Assembly: GCA_019058445.1 (NCBI GenBank)
Contig: JAHPZA010000001.1
Coordinates: 96,001-160,000, forward strand
Length of the DNA stretch: 64,000 bases
Reading direction: 5' to 3'
Source: Promethearchaeota archaeon
GTDB lineage: Archaea; Asgardarchaeota; Lokiarchaeia; Sigyniarchaeales; SOKP01
In this document: positions 52,401 to 60,959 of the stretch, one piece after another
Layout of the letters: every line of letters begins with the position of its first letter
How positions within the stretch are numbered: position 1 is the first letter of the stretch
Notes under the pieces: generated by a model
What the model was told of the DNA's origin: nothing
Database searches by the model: none
The model's input: only the letters and a program-made list of their open reading frames with translations
Made by a program: the position numbers and the translations under genes

Positions 52401-53009
52401 ATTATTAAAGAATGTCCGGGAACAATTAAGGAAATAAGAAAAAAAATAATTAGTTTAATTCCTAGCAAATATTTACCAATGGATTTTGACAAAACAACTA
52501 TTAACACTCTATTTATCAATTTTTATGAAATAGAAGCAGAAGATACCTGGGAAGATTTTAAAATTTTATTTAAATCCAAATCAATTGATTATGTAGAGTT
52601 TTATTTCAACCTCTTATTTCTAAAATTAGTGCCTATCAATAAAATTTTAGAATTATGTGAGGAAAATGTAGAAAAAAATCCTTTAATTCTTGTTAAAATT
52701 GTAGGAGAGGATATCCAATCTCAAAAAGGTCAAGATCTTGTTCGTGAAATTTGGTATAACTACTCGAATATTAGCAATCTTTCTTTTGAAATATATTCTA
52801 ATTATACTTCTGGTGTCAAAATATTCTCACCTGGTGAAAGCGCTAAAATTCAAGAATTTCAATTAAAAAGACTTGAGGAGTGGCTTGAAAAAGAAAAAAA
52901 AATGGAAAAAACTAGAGAAAAAATGACGATATTAATAAATGAATTGAAAAGATTAATCTCGAGGGATGAAATACACGCAAAACAGAATGATGAAGAAACA
53001 AAAATTTAG
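49458..53009 (+). CDS. HNH nuclease + STAND-like NTPase + helical repeat protein (putative defence)
   Basis: CAFPSC..AHI..GPR..NGILLCAEHH..ID HNH; GEIGVGKK P-loop; GNP motif; long alpha-helical C-terminus. Confidence 0.75.
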   Translation: MKQTERSYFSYSTKLKIAAYCNNTCAFPSCGKKVLSGRIKAEDLENGFSKGEFAHIVGVSPQGPRRSQDVSLESINDVSNGILLCAEHHALIDANPNDYPIETLRKWKRNIEDNYKNLLFISDYDSWDVDINNLIKTSEFIQYSEELNKFLNSSENLIVHVDGEIGVGKKTFVKYCFSQLPKNLQNEVIIIQSNDFDLSNFSLFNKMIKSRFLILLETSPNYLKKLVDRIKQVNPTSYKVISIGSGELVTKKINGIIKKYTLNRLDSKSSRKLISQLSKIISQNNIKYILDLTKGNPGIIASLVKYNERKYDFTDDSIISEIFENFNERIKKMGIELILVKKIILGFSIFSELGWYKGLYKTLFEKGKWSYEFEEIPNKFSKIINVDLDKIDIIITELLELKVLERKGRFLTLSLPCLSGLFIRQTQEVFLKYFKRIMDLQDPHLLQKFLKRLKQFAYEEVLISSIVKEILDTGLLSTIDCLNINFFSTILLNLAQLNNKLVADHLELLFKHKNPLELKEILINRRNLITALEHLIWYPETFKTGMDILIKLSIGENEDWANNATGLIPEKFRVYLPGTSASLDLRLNYLSEFIANSTEEHFFLIPMIFKSIFYLNTSSRLIYAEIQSFKPIPKEFVPNPKELSKYLNETFKIFKNQFENEKFEKDGLEIINNNLKLFVELNKFEEIKSIWNKIISKDRDFKIRLINFFEYRFKNDTIYPDIKEYINKLKEDFSLLDSIKEFSWKSPLDFKEEDMKSKSLEVKKVLSSLEKEEIQEILEWLMKNSGDFVIQIGILLSLDKDWIDQYEDVLESFLKLKENREFDFFLAVSYNIRIKDQERWRSILKKIEANEGLSHDYFRLLRATPILDDWVVNKIVDLAEHDFLNESDLYQFSCLENVIELDENLFKKIMRIYYNRFPNVISVKPQQWNDNLFLIKRYIEKNPNFIKRNVEDLLKILLNFECHEVEIGDKFSSLWLEIILIIIKECPGTIKEIRKKIISLIPSKYLPMDFDKTTINTLFINFYEIEAEDTWEDFKILFKSKSIDYVEFYFNLLFLKLVPINKILELCEENVEKNPLILVKIVGEDIQSQKGQDLVREIWYNYSNISNLSFEIYSNYTSGVKIFSPGESAKIQEFQLKRLEEWLEKEKKMEKTREKMTILINELKRLISRDEIHAKQNDEETKI

Positions 53010-54261
53010 CGAATTGATTCCAAAATTCGATAATTGTTATATTCCTTTTAGATCAAACCTTGAAATTAAGATAGATCAAATTCATTTTAGAAAAAAAGGA
53101 CAAGATGAATGGTCATATTTTTCTAAATTATTCAGTTATGAAGATGATTATAATCATATAGTTGAAATTAATAACGAAATTGATGAAAATCTAATAATTA
53201 TCTACTATAAATCACTTGATCCTATAAAGTTTTCGTCAGAATTTGTCCAACTTCGAGTTATTATAAATAATGAGATTTATAGATGTATGTGCTCAATAGA
53301 ATGGATAAAAATTGAAGATGATTTACTTCCAAAGATCGTAATTAATTCAAATTTAGGATTTAAAAAGGAAAGAATTACCTGCCTATGTCTAAAATTAAAC
53401 GACAATTGTTTGAAATTCCTTAAACAATTTAACCAATTAATTGAAACTCAAAATATTACAGATTTGACTGATATTCGTGGAATTAATATTAAAAATTATG
53501 ATATCGCAATTGTAAATATCAAATTCTTAGATGATATAAATTTATACTTGAGATTTCTAAAGAATATTGGACAAATATACATCTCTGATGACATTGGAAA
53601 ATTATCAGAAAATTGTCTCAATATCAACAAACACAATTCATCTTATTCCTTTCATTATCGTATATCTGAATTTTTAAAAATAAAATGTTTAAACATTGAG
53701 AAAAATGATAAAGTCGATTTTTGGGAACAAAATAAAGATGAATCCGAGAGATTTTGGCAAAAATACTTACAAAAGCATACTGATATCTTTTCCTCTGCTC
53801 TAAACTATACTATGGAATTTATCTGTGATGAAGGATCTGTAAGAGGGCAAGATATATATGGAAAGGGAGAAAAAAGAATAGATTTTCTATATAAAGGAAA
53901 TGATAATAATGCTATTCTAATCGAAATAAAAGGACCAAAAACTCAATTAATTATGAATATGGAATATCGTGAAGGAATATATCCTCCCACAACTGATTTA
54001 TCAGCTTCAGTCCTTCAGGTAATGGATTATAAGAAAATACTAATCGAAAATTATAATGAAATTAAAAAAAGATGTGATTGTGATGGTTTAAAGACAGACA
54101 TCATTAAATGTTATGTTATAATTGGAAACTTAGAAGATTTAAAAGAGGAACAAGAAAAAAGTTTTTCTTATTTTAAAGAAGTCGTAAACCCATATGTGGA
54201 GATAATCACCTTTGATGATCTTTTTGATAAATATAAAAAAAGCTATTTAATGGTCATTTAA
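52966..54261 (+). CDS. sduA: Shedu (DUF4263) anti-phage nuclease with unknown N-terminal domain
   Basis: ESERFWQKYL, RIDFL, LIEIKGP.T.L..YR..DLSASVLQV.DYK, VIIG, VEIITFDDL. Confidence 0.82.
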   Translation: MKYTQNRMMKKQKFSELIPKFDNCYIPFRSNLEIKIDQIHFRKKGQDEWSYFSKLFSYEDDYNHIVEINNEIDENLIIIYYKSLDPIKFSSEFVQLRVIINNEIYRCMCSIEWIKIEDDLLPKIVINSNLGFKKERITCLCLKLNDNCLKFLKQFNQLIETQNITDLTDIRGINIKNYDIAIVNIKFLDDINLYLRFLKNIGQIYISDDIGKLSENCLNINKHNSSYSFHYRISEFLKIKCLNIEKNDKVDFWEQNKDESERFWQKYLQKHTDIFSSALNYTMEFICDEGSVRGQDIYGKGEKRIDFLYKGNDNNAILIEIKGPKTQLIMNMEYREGIYPPTTDLSASVLQVMDYKKILIENYNEIKKRCDCDGLKTDIIKCYVIIGNLEDLKEEQEKSFSYFKEVVNPYVEIITFDDLFDKYKKSYLMVI

Positions 54262-54323
54262 TTACAAATTATCTTTTTGGATTATGGAAAATATATAAAA
54301 ATGAGTTTGGAATACTTAAAAAT

Positions 54324-56222
54324 TTATTTATTGTCTTTTATGAAAGTTTGAAGATCTATAAAGAAATTGAAATTATCGCTTGTAATATTAGTTTTAAGTG
54401 TTTCTACTTCTTTATAAGTAACTGTCTCTGCTTCAGTATTATTTCTTTTCTTACAAACAAATTTCCCATCTTCCTGTTCTACAAGAATTGGTTCCCTTGT
54501 TTGCTTAATAGCAACAATCAAAATGATTTTTTCTATATCGAAATCATCTATCAATTTTATCTCTTTACATTTAATAAAATCCTTTTTTGGTTCTGTAAAT
54601 TTCCTTAATACTTTCTTAATTTGTTTAATTTTTTCCTCTAATCCATCAATTCCGACAATCTTTTTTGGATCATCATCTGTAATACCAATAATTAATAAGC
54701 CACCATCATAATTGGCAAAACTTGTTACTTGATTGCAGAATTTAATTTTAGCCCTCTTTTTTTCTGATTTGCTGGATTTTTCCCAAAAGTCAAGTGTTTG
54801 CTTAAAGTCCCATAAATCATTTTCAATGCGGTTAGGTTCTATAGCTTTTTTTATAAAAAGAATTAAAGCTTCTTCATTATATAAAAAGGTTTGTTGCAGT
54901 CTATATTTGTTAATATCTAAATCTAATTCTTCATAAATTTCTTCAAAATCTTCTTCAAGAATTTTGTTCACAATGGATTTAGTGTTTTCTTTTTGAATTA
55001 AATATACAGAGCATTCCTCTTCATTTTCGTATAAAAATTCTCTAGAATGCGTAGTTATAAAAATCTGATTAGATTTTGATTCTTGAAGGAATTTATCCCT
55101 TAACTTAATTTCTAATCCAGGATGTAAATGAAGCCCAGGTTCTTCTATACATAGTATATTATCTTGCCCAATTTCCATGATATAAGCAATAAAGTGTGCT
55201 ATGTTAAGTATACCAGCACCCATATTGTCCAAATTCAATTCTATGTTTAAATCATTTTCTTTTAAAATTAATATAGTATAATCATTTTCGATCACTTCTT
55301 GCCTTAGTATATCAATTTCAGGAATAAATTCTAATAATTGCTTATTAAGTTTTGAGTTCCAATCATGTTCATTGGTAACCAATTTCTTATATATTATAGT
55401 AACTAAATTACTTCCTACCGGATCCAGACTTAAGCGAGTGGCCCCTGAGGTCTCAGCCCTTGGATTAAATCTACGTTTATCTGGAATAATATGGATATTT
55501 TCAAAAAATTTAATTAATTCTTTAGCTATAAATGGAATAGGGGGATAATTTTCAAGATTCAAATGTTCTTCTAAAATTTGTTTTATATATCGAATTCCAC
55601 CAGTTCTTATATTTGCAAAATAATTTTTTAGAAATACTCTATCAATTGAAACATTTTGTTTTTGAATAGCTTTAGGATTATATACTGAGTTTTGAAAATT
55701 ATCATTATCAAGTCTTTTAAAATGGAACAAATCTTGATAGTTATTATCCATATGTAAAATTTGAATTCTTTCAATATATAAAGCCTTTCCAATATCGTAC
55801 TTTTTCAAAAAAATTTTAATTTTATTGAAATATTCATTTGATTTAAGCCAGTCTAAAGCGACTTTTGTGTCATTCCAATTAAATTCTTGAAATTTTGGAT
55901 CATTTTTCCTTGTATAATCAAAAACTCTATTTAAAAAATTTCGAGTGATAAGTTCCAATATAATTTTATTTCTAAACTCTGATGTTAGGGAAAAAATTAG
56001 ATTAAGTTCTAATGGTAGTGTTTCGTCTCCATCATAATATTGTTCTCTATTTACTTTTCTTTCTGAATAAGAATCTTGGAGTATCTTAAATATTTTAAAT
56101 AAATTTGATTTACCTGAACTATTTTTTCCTATTATAACATTGTAATCTTTAAAATCCTCAAATTTAGCATCTTTATAACTCAAGAAATTTTTGATTTCTA
56201 TTCCTGAAAGCTTAATATTCAA
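54324..56222 (-). CDS. OLD/PrrC-type ABC ATPase fused to C-terminal Schlafen (AlbA_2) domain
   Basis: GKNSSGKSN, MGAG, IEEPGLHLHP, ITTHS; WDFK..SFANYDGGLLIIGITDD..IVGI. Confidence 0.82.
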   Translation of the reverse strand: MNIKLSGIEIKNFLSYKDAKFEDFKDYNVIIGKNSSGKSNLFKIFKILQDSYSERKVNREQYYDGDETLPLELNLIFSLTSEFRNKIILELITRNFLNRVFDYTRKNDPKFQEFNWNDTKVALDWLKSNEYFNKIKIFLKKYDIGKALYIERIQILHMDNNYQDLFHFKRLDNDNFQNSVYNPKAIQKQNVSIDRVFLKNYFANIRTGGIRYIKQILEEHLNLENYPPIPFIAKELIKFFENIHIIPDKRRFNPRAETSGATRLSLDPVGSNLVTIIYKKLVTNEHDWNSKLNKQLLEFIPEIDILRQEVIENDYTILILKENDLNIELNLDNMGAGILNIAHFIAYIMEIGQDNILCIEEPGLHLHPGLEIKLRDKFLQESKSNQIFITTHSREFLYENEEECSVYLIQKENTKSIVNKILEEDFEEIYEELDLDINKYRLQQTFLYNEEALILFIKKAIEPNRIENDLWDFKQTLDFWEKSSKSEKKRAKIKFCNQVTSFANYDGGLLIIGITDDDPKKIVGIDGLEEKIKQIKKVLRKFTEPKKDFIKCKEIKLIDDFDIEKIILIVAIKQTREPILVEQEDGKFVCKKRNNTEAETVTYKEVETLKTNITSDNFNFFIDLQTFIKDNK

Positions 56223-56648
56223 ATCTCCTTTCCCCCTTAATAATGATTTAAGACTCTTCTGATATTCTTTAGCAAAATATAATATTTATTCTCTTTGGTA
56301 AATTAGAAATTATAGAATAATAATTTAATAATATTAATTAAAAAGTAAAAATAAAGAGAGTCTAATTATTTTTTACAATTCATTAAACACAATTTTACAA
56401 ATTTTGAAGCAGATCTTCATTCTTTTAAATCTTAATATAATTCTAAATTATTGAATTCAATATTTTCGTATATACTAGAACTATAATTTCAATTTTTATC
56501 AATACTCATGTATAGTAATCCTTAAGGTTAGTATTTAATTATGAATATAAATATAAAGCTATCAAATAGTTATAGATTACTAGTATATATTTAAATTCAC
56601 TTAATTACAAATAATTTTATATATTAATACATAAAAAAAGATTTTTTA

Positions 56649-58190
56649 ATGATAAAAATGAACGAGGCAAGCGTTATTGTACCAAAAAGTGAAATTAGTG
56701 ACGATTTCTTAATTAAGAATTACTGTAAGCTCATTAAAAAAGGGGAGATTGAATTTCTAGAGAAAATGGATAGTTTTGACATATATGATAAGAATTATGA
56801 AGAATTAAAGGATGAGTCTAACTATATAAAAATTGATACTAAGAATCTTGTTAATATTTTAAATGATCTCACTATAGAAGATAAAAAAGAAGAAGAAAAA
56901 GTAAAGATTCTGAAAAAGAAAAAAATAATATTTCAGAAACTATGGCCGAATTTTGTAAGGAGTGCTATTAAATATCTAAGAATAAAAGATACTCGAGATA
57001 AAGGTACCTTTAAATTTGATTTTGGAGTCAACAATTTAACAAAATATTTTGAAGAATTCTCAAAATTTGAAGAAATTCTTTATGGAATTGACGAATACTA
57101 TCGAGATCATTCCCTACATGTTTTTAGAGTGTATCTTTTAGGAGTATATTTAGTAAGAAAATTTTTTAAAGATTATGATCAATTGAAGATTAAAAATAAA
57201 CCTTCTATAATCGGTAAAATCTTTTCTGATGAAAAAGAAGCGATTTGGTGCGTTATAGCATTATGTCATGATTTAGGATATCCATTACAGAAATTAGATG
57301 AATTAAATAAAAAACTTGTTAAAATACTCGAATTTTTTGGTACTTCAAATTTTAATCCTTTAAGATTTAGCTTACCTCTTGAAGGAACAATCTTAGACAA
57401 ATTTATTTTAAAATTAATTTCGTCAAGAATCAATGACAACTTATTGATTCAACATCAACCTAAATTTTATGCAAAATACTCTAAGGCTTATGAAAAATTG
57501 AGCCATGGAATAATGTCTTGTATCTTATTAATGAAAAATTTAGTATATTTTAAAGAAACAGATTATGAACCTGATTTCCAAAAAGGTTTTAAATATATTA
57601 AAGAGCCTTCTACAAATAGCAACGATTTTGATGAAAGAACTTTAGAGGATGCAAGACAATATGTAATTAGAAGAGAAATACTACGATCAATTGCTTCCCA
57701 TGATAACGAAGATATTTATCATATAGAAATGAATAATTTTCCCTTTTTATTGATAATGTGTGATGAAATCCAGGAATGGAGCCGACCTGCTTCAAAAATA
57801 AGACTACTATATGCCTTAGATGAAAAAAATAGAGAGATAATTAATATCAATGCTTTTAATGAAAATATAATAGATATCTTAATAAATTTAAATTTTGATG
57901 AAAATGATTTATTAAATTATGTTGCAAAGAAATATATGAAATTTATTCGATTATTGAGAAGTGCTGTAGATTCAGATAAACGGAAATTTAATTTTATAAT
58001 GTCGATACAAAATAGGGAAGGCATAAAATACCAGTTTATTTATGAAAGTCCTAATGAATTCTATACTGATGAAGAAAAGAAAAAAATGGAAATCTCGTAT
58101 GAAGAACCAAAATGTATAAAATTTATAAATGAAAAACCAATAGAAGATTTCTCATTAAGGAATATTATTGATTTAATAAATAAAAAATGA
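56649..58190 (+). CDS. HD-domain metal-dependent phosphohydrolase
   Basis: RDHSLH, CHDLGYP, HG..S, SHD, LIMCDEIQEW.R. Confidence 0.78.
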   Translation: MIKMNEASVIVPKSEISDDFLIKNYCKLIKKGEIEFLEKMDSFDIYDKNYEELKDESNYIKIDTKNLVNILNDLTIEDKKEEEKVKILKKKKIIFQKLWPNFVRSAIKYLRIKDTRDKGTFKFDFGVNNLTKYFEEFSKFEEILYGIDEYYRDHSLHVFRVYLLGVYLVRKFFKDYDQLKIKNKPSIIGKIFSDEKEAIWCVIALCHDLGYPLQKLDELNKKLVKILEFFGTSNFNPLRFSLPLEGTILDKFILKLISSRINDNLLIQHQPKFYAKYSKAYEKLSHGIMSCILLMKNLVYFKETDYEPDFQKGFKYIKEPSTNSNDFDERTLEDARQYVIRREILRSIASHDNEDIYHIEMNNFPFLLIMCDEIQEWSRPASKIRLLYALDEKNREIININAFNENIIDILINLNFDENDLLNYVAKKYMKFIRLLRSAVDSDKRKFNFIMSIQNREGIKYQFIYESPNEFYTDEEKKKMEISYEEPKCIKFINEKPIEDFSLRNIIDLINKK

Positions 58191-58750
58191 CAGTAAATGA
58201 TTATACTGATATAAAAACTATTGAAATTAAGAAAAGGGATTTAATATTTTCTAAAAAAACTCGTTTGTGGTGTAGATTACCATATCCAAATCATCCTTAT
58301 GGATGTCCAAATTATAATAAAAATCCATTATGTCCCCCTTTTGCCGATTACATGGATTATATTAAAAAAAAATATTCTCATTTTTATTTAATTTATGCTA
58401 TTTTTAAATTAAAAAGTCAAAGAGAAAGAATGCTTTCAATCCATCCAAATTGGTCAATAAAAAAAGCTAATTGTTTGTTATATTGGCAGGGTTCTGTAAA
58501 AAAAGTCTTAAAAAACTATATTCAAAGGATTATACTAAAAAATAAAAATAGAAAAACCTATATTTTAGCATGTGGTTCTGGATTTAAATTTAGTAGTATT
58601 CATCAAAATAAAGTCTATAGTATGGAAGCTGTAGGAATAAATGTATTAAAAACTTTAGATAATGTGGGAATAGAATACGAACTTAAACCTAAGAATAAAG
58701 TATTACTAGTTACACTATTATGTTCTCAAGAGTACCTTTTATTTTTTTAA
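58187..58750 (+). CDS. DUF2284-like Cys-rich metal-binding protein
   Basis: C..GCPNY..CPP, SMEAVGINV..T. Confidence 0.75.
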   Translation: MTVNDYTDIKTIEIKKRDLIFSKKTRLWCRLPYPNHPYGCPNYNKNPLCPPFADYMDYIKKKYSHFYLIYAIFKLKSQRERMLSIHPNWSIKKANCLLYWQGSVKKVLKNYIQRIILKNKNRKTYILACGSGFKFSSIHQNKVYSMEAVGINVLKTLDNVGIEYELKPKNKVLLVTLLCSQEYLLFF

Positions 58751-59771
58751 ATTCTTCAGGTATATAATCTTTAGTTAAATCTATTTGTTTAATGTTATTG
58801 CATACTAATTTTTGAATTGGACAAATTTCATTACATATTTTTCTTTCTAAACAATATCCACATTTTAGATTTTCTTTAAAATGCTGTAATTCTATATCTA
58901 ATAACCTATTAGAAATAACTTTTCGAAGCGAATTTTTATCATTCAGTTTCACGAAGCAATTTGAAATATTTTTAAAAGCAGTACAAGGAAATAATTTAAG
59001 ATCAGATGTAATCATAAATTTATTTTTTCCAGCTTCACACTTAAAACAAGAATTACTAAGGTTAGAAAATGCCGATCCTATTTCGACTTTAGAGGAAGGA
59101 TAATTTAATTTCACATTATTTAAAATGATAGCTAGATCTTCTTTGCTAAATACTAATTTCTCATGATTTTTTAAAGCCCTACCATGTAATATAAGGCGAA
59201 GTATCTTGACATGTTTAATATTTAGCTCATTTATTAAATATTCTATTGTATCTTCAAGGTATTTAATATTTAAACAATTAGGGATGATATGAACTTCAGT
59301 ATTGATATTTAAATCTATACATGATTTAATTGAAGTTATAGTATTTTCAAAACCAAATGTGGTTTTTGTTAATTTAGCAAAATTTTCTTTATCAATGGTT
59401 TGAAAATTATATCTTATTGTCAAATTAGGATGATTTTTATATCTCATTAAGATATTTTTAGGAATAGGCAAATACTCCCTATCTTTATAAATACATCCAC
59501 AAGAGTAAATTTCCAGCAAAAAATCACAATTTAGAATATAATCAATAAATTCTATAATGTTTGGATGAAGAAATGGTTCTCCTCCTGATAATTGGATAAT
59601 ATCAAGACCAAGTTTTTTAGCATCTTGAATAAGTTCGATAAATTTCTTTTTTTCTATATATTTCTTCTTATAGATGGTTGAATCACTAGAACAAAAAATA
59701 CAATTAAAAGGACATTTGTTAGTTATTTCAATCAACAATTCTTTTTTCTTTTTCAATTTTGCTTTCCTCAA
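58710..59771 (-). CDS. radical SAM/SPASM-domain protein
   Basis: EITNKCPFNCIFC, SGGEPFLHP, CEAG..PC..CGYC..ICNEICP. Confidence 0.88.
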   Translation of the reverse strand: MRKAKLKKKKELLIEITNKCPFNCIFCSSDSTIYKKKYIEKKKFIELIQDAKKLGLDIIQLSGGEPFLHPNIIEFIDYILNCDFLLEIYSCGCIYKDREYLPIPKNILMRYKNHPNLTIRYNFQTIDKENFAKLTKTTFGFENTITSIKSCIDLNINTEVHIIPNCLNIKYLEDTIEYLINELNIKHVKILRLILHGRALKNHEKLVFSKEDLAIILNNVKLNYPSSKVEIGSAFSNLSNSCFKCEAGKNKFMITSDLKLFPCTAFKNISNCFVKLNDKNSLRKVISNRLLDIELQHFKENLKCGYCLERKICNEICPIQKLVCNNIKQIDLTKDYIPEEFKKIKGTLENIIV

Positions 59772-60065
59772 CGATTCAATTCTAATATTGACTTAGATAC
59801 TTTTAATCTTTTTCTATATAAAAAAATAAAAATATCTTGGTTTTTTCTCATCATCTCCTAAACTTGTTTAACTCTATATTATGCTTAAATATTAGAAATA
59901 TTTTAAATCTTTTAGCTTTTCTCATTTAAAATATATTTCTTAAAAATATTTAAAATTATTGGCAATGAAATTATTCGAAATTTAATAAAATCTCATTTAA
60001 TTAATAAGATTTTGATTTCAATTTAACTTATAATAAAAAAATAGATTTAACCGACAAATTTATAT

Positions 60066-60093
60066 TATTCTCTTTTCTTAAGAATTGAGAATA
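60066..60093. promoter_or_regulatory. 28-bp imperfect palindrome, candidate operator
   Basis: TATTCTC-TT-TTCTT|AAGAA-TT-GAGAATA just upstream of the wHTH gene. Confidence 0.45.
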
Positions 60094-60127
60094 TTTAAAA
60101 ATGCTTGTTTATAATTTAATTATGTAG

Positions 60128-60454
60128 ATGATTGCCCTTGAAAAAGAGATAATTATTATAAATTTTTTAAATGAGAAAGCTATAAATTTATTATATATTC
60201 TAGCTAAAAAATATCCAATAACTAGCGTTAATTTGAGGAATAAGGTTATTAAAAATGAAATAATGTCTATAAGTTCTTACTATAGGTATCTGGATTTCCT
60301 TTTGAAACATAAACTGATAAAAAAAGAAAAATATAGAAAGAAGACAGGGGGTTATATTTATAATATAAGTAATTTTGGTAAGTATTTCCTAGAATTAATT
60401 TTAAAATCAAACATTCCTTTTTATAATAATCTAAATCATGATCTAAACTCATAA
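60128..60454 (+). CDS. winged-helix DNA-binding protein
   Basis: SSYYRYLDFLLKHKLIKK..GYIYNISNFGK. Confidence 0.7.
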   Translation: MIALEKEIIIINFLNEKAINLLYILAKKYPITSVNLRNKVIKNEIMSISSYYRYLDFLLKHKLIKKEKYRKKTGGYIYNISNFGKYFLELILKSNIPFYNNLNHDLNS

Positions 60455-60499
60455 ACTTATAGAATAGCGGATTTTTATTTAAAAAATTTAAAGTGTTTA

Positions 60500-60940
60500 A
60501 TTCCTCAATCTTCTGATAATTAGGCTTACTATACAAATTCAAGTTATTTCAGATATGATGCTGAGATTTTACATTCAGAAAGGATTAAAAAACAAGGAGA
60601 TTACCATTCTATTATAAGTGGTTGAGTAATTATTCATAAAAGCTTAGGCGAGCAAAAATCAGACATACAAGGATTATGAGAATTAACTAAAAATATTTGC
60701 CATAATAATAACACAGCATATTATGCCTACACTACAGATTTCACTTATCACCCTTATTGAAGAAGAATCTTTCGAGGGGACAGTTTTACCTTTTAAGAAT
60801 GTGGTGCTCAAGATGCCAGAATTTACTCCAGAATTACTGGCTATTATAATGAAGTAAATAAATATAATGAGGGAAATAGAGCAGGATGGGAAGCCTGTAA
60901 AAGAGATTATATCAACGTATTACAGAGATTAAAAAAATAA
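60500..60940 (+). pseudogene. nrdD: decayed copy of nrdD 3' end (Zn-ribbon + glycyl-radical domain)
   Basis: One frame reads IPQSSDN*AYYTNSSYFRYDAE..ERIKKQGDYH..YSRITGYY..W with 5 internal stops; colinear with 48783-49208. Confidence 0.92.
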
Positions 60941-60959
60941 GAATCATATATTTTCTTCT

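Larger units (their letters stand above)
49209..60498. mobile_element. putative integrated defence island in nrdD, flanked by diverged direct repeats of the nrdD 3' end
   Basis: Repeat 48782-49208 vs 60499-60940, defence-type cargo, very AT-rich; no integrase visible. Confidence 0.65.

Noticed and set aside
49209-60498. Provirus or transposon
   Set aside because: No capsid, integrase, transposase or replication gene recognised; no terminal inverted repeats seen
60500-60940. Stop-codon recoding (Sec/Pyl) or a GrcA-like spare-part glycyl-radical protein
   Set aside because: Stops include TAG, TGA and TAA at positions of S, G, W, C and S; Zn-ligand Cys are also lost and there is no start codon, which fits decay
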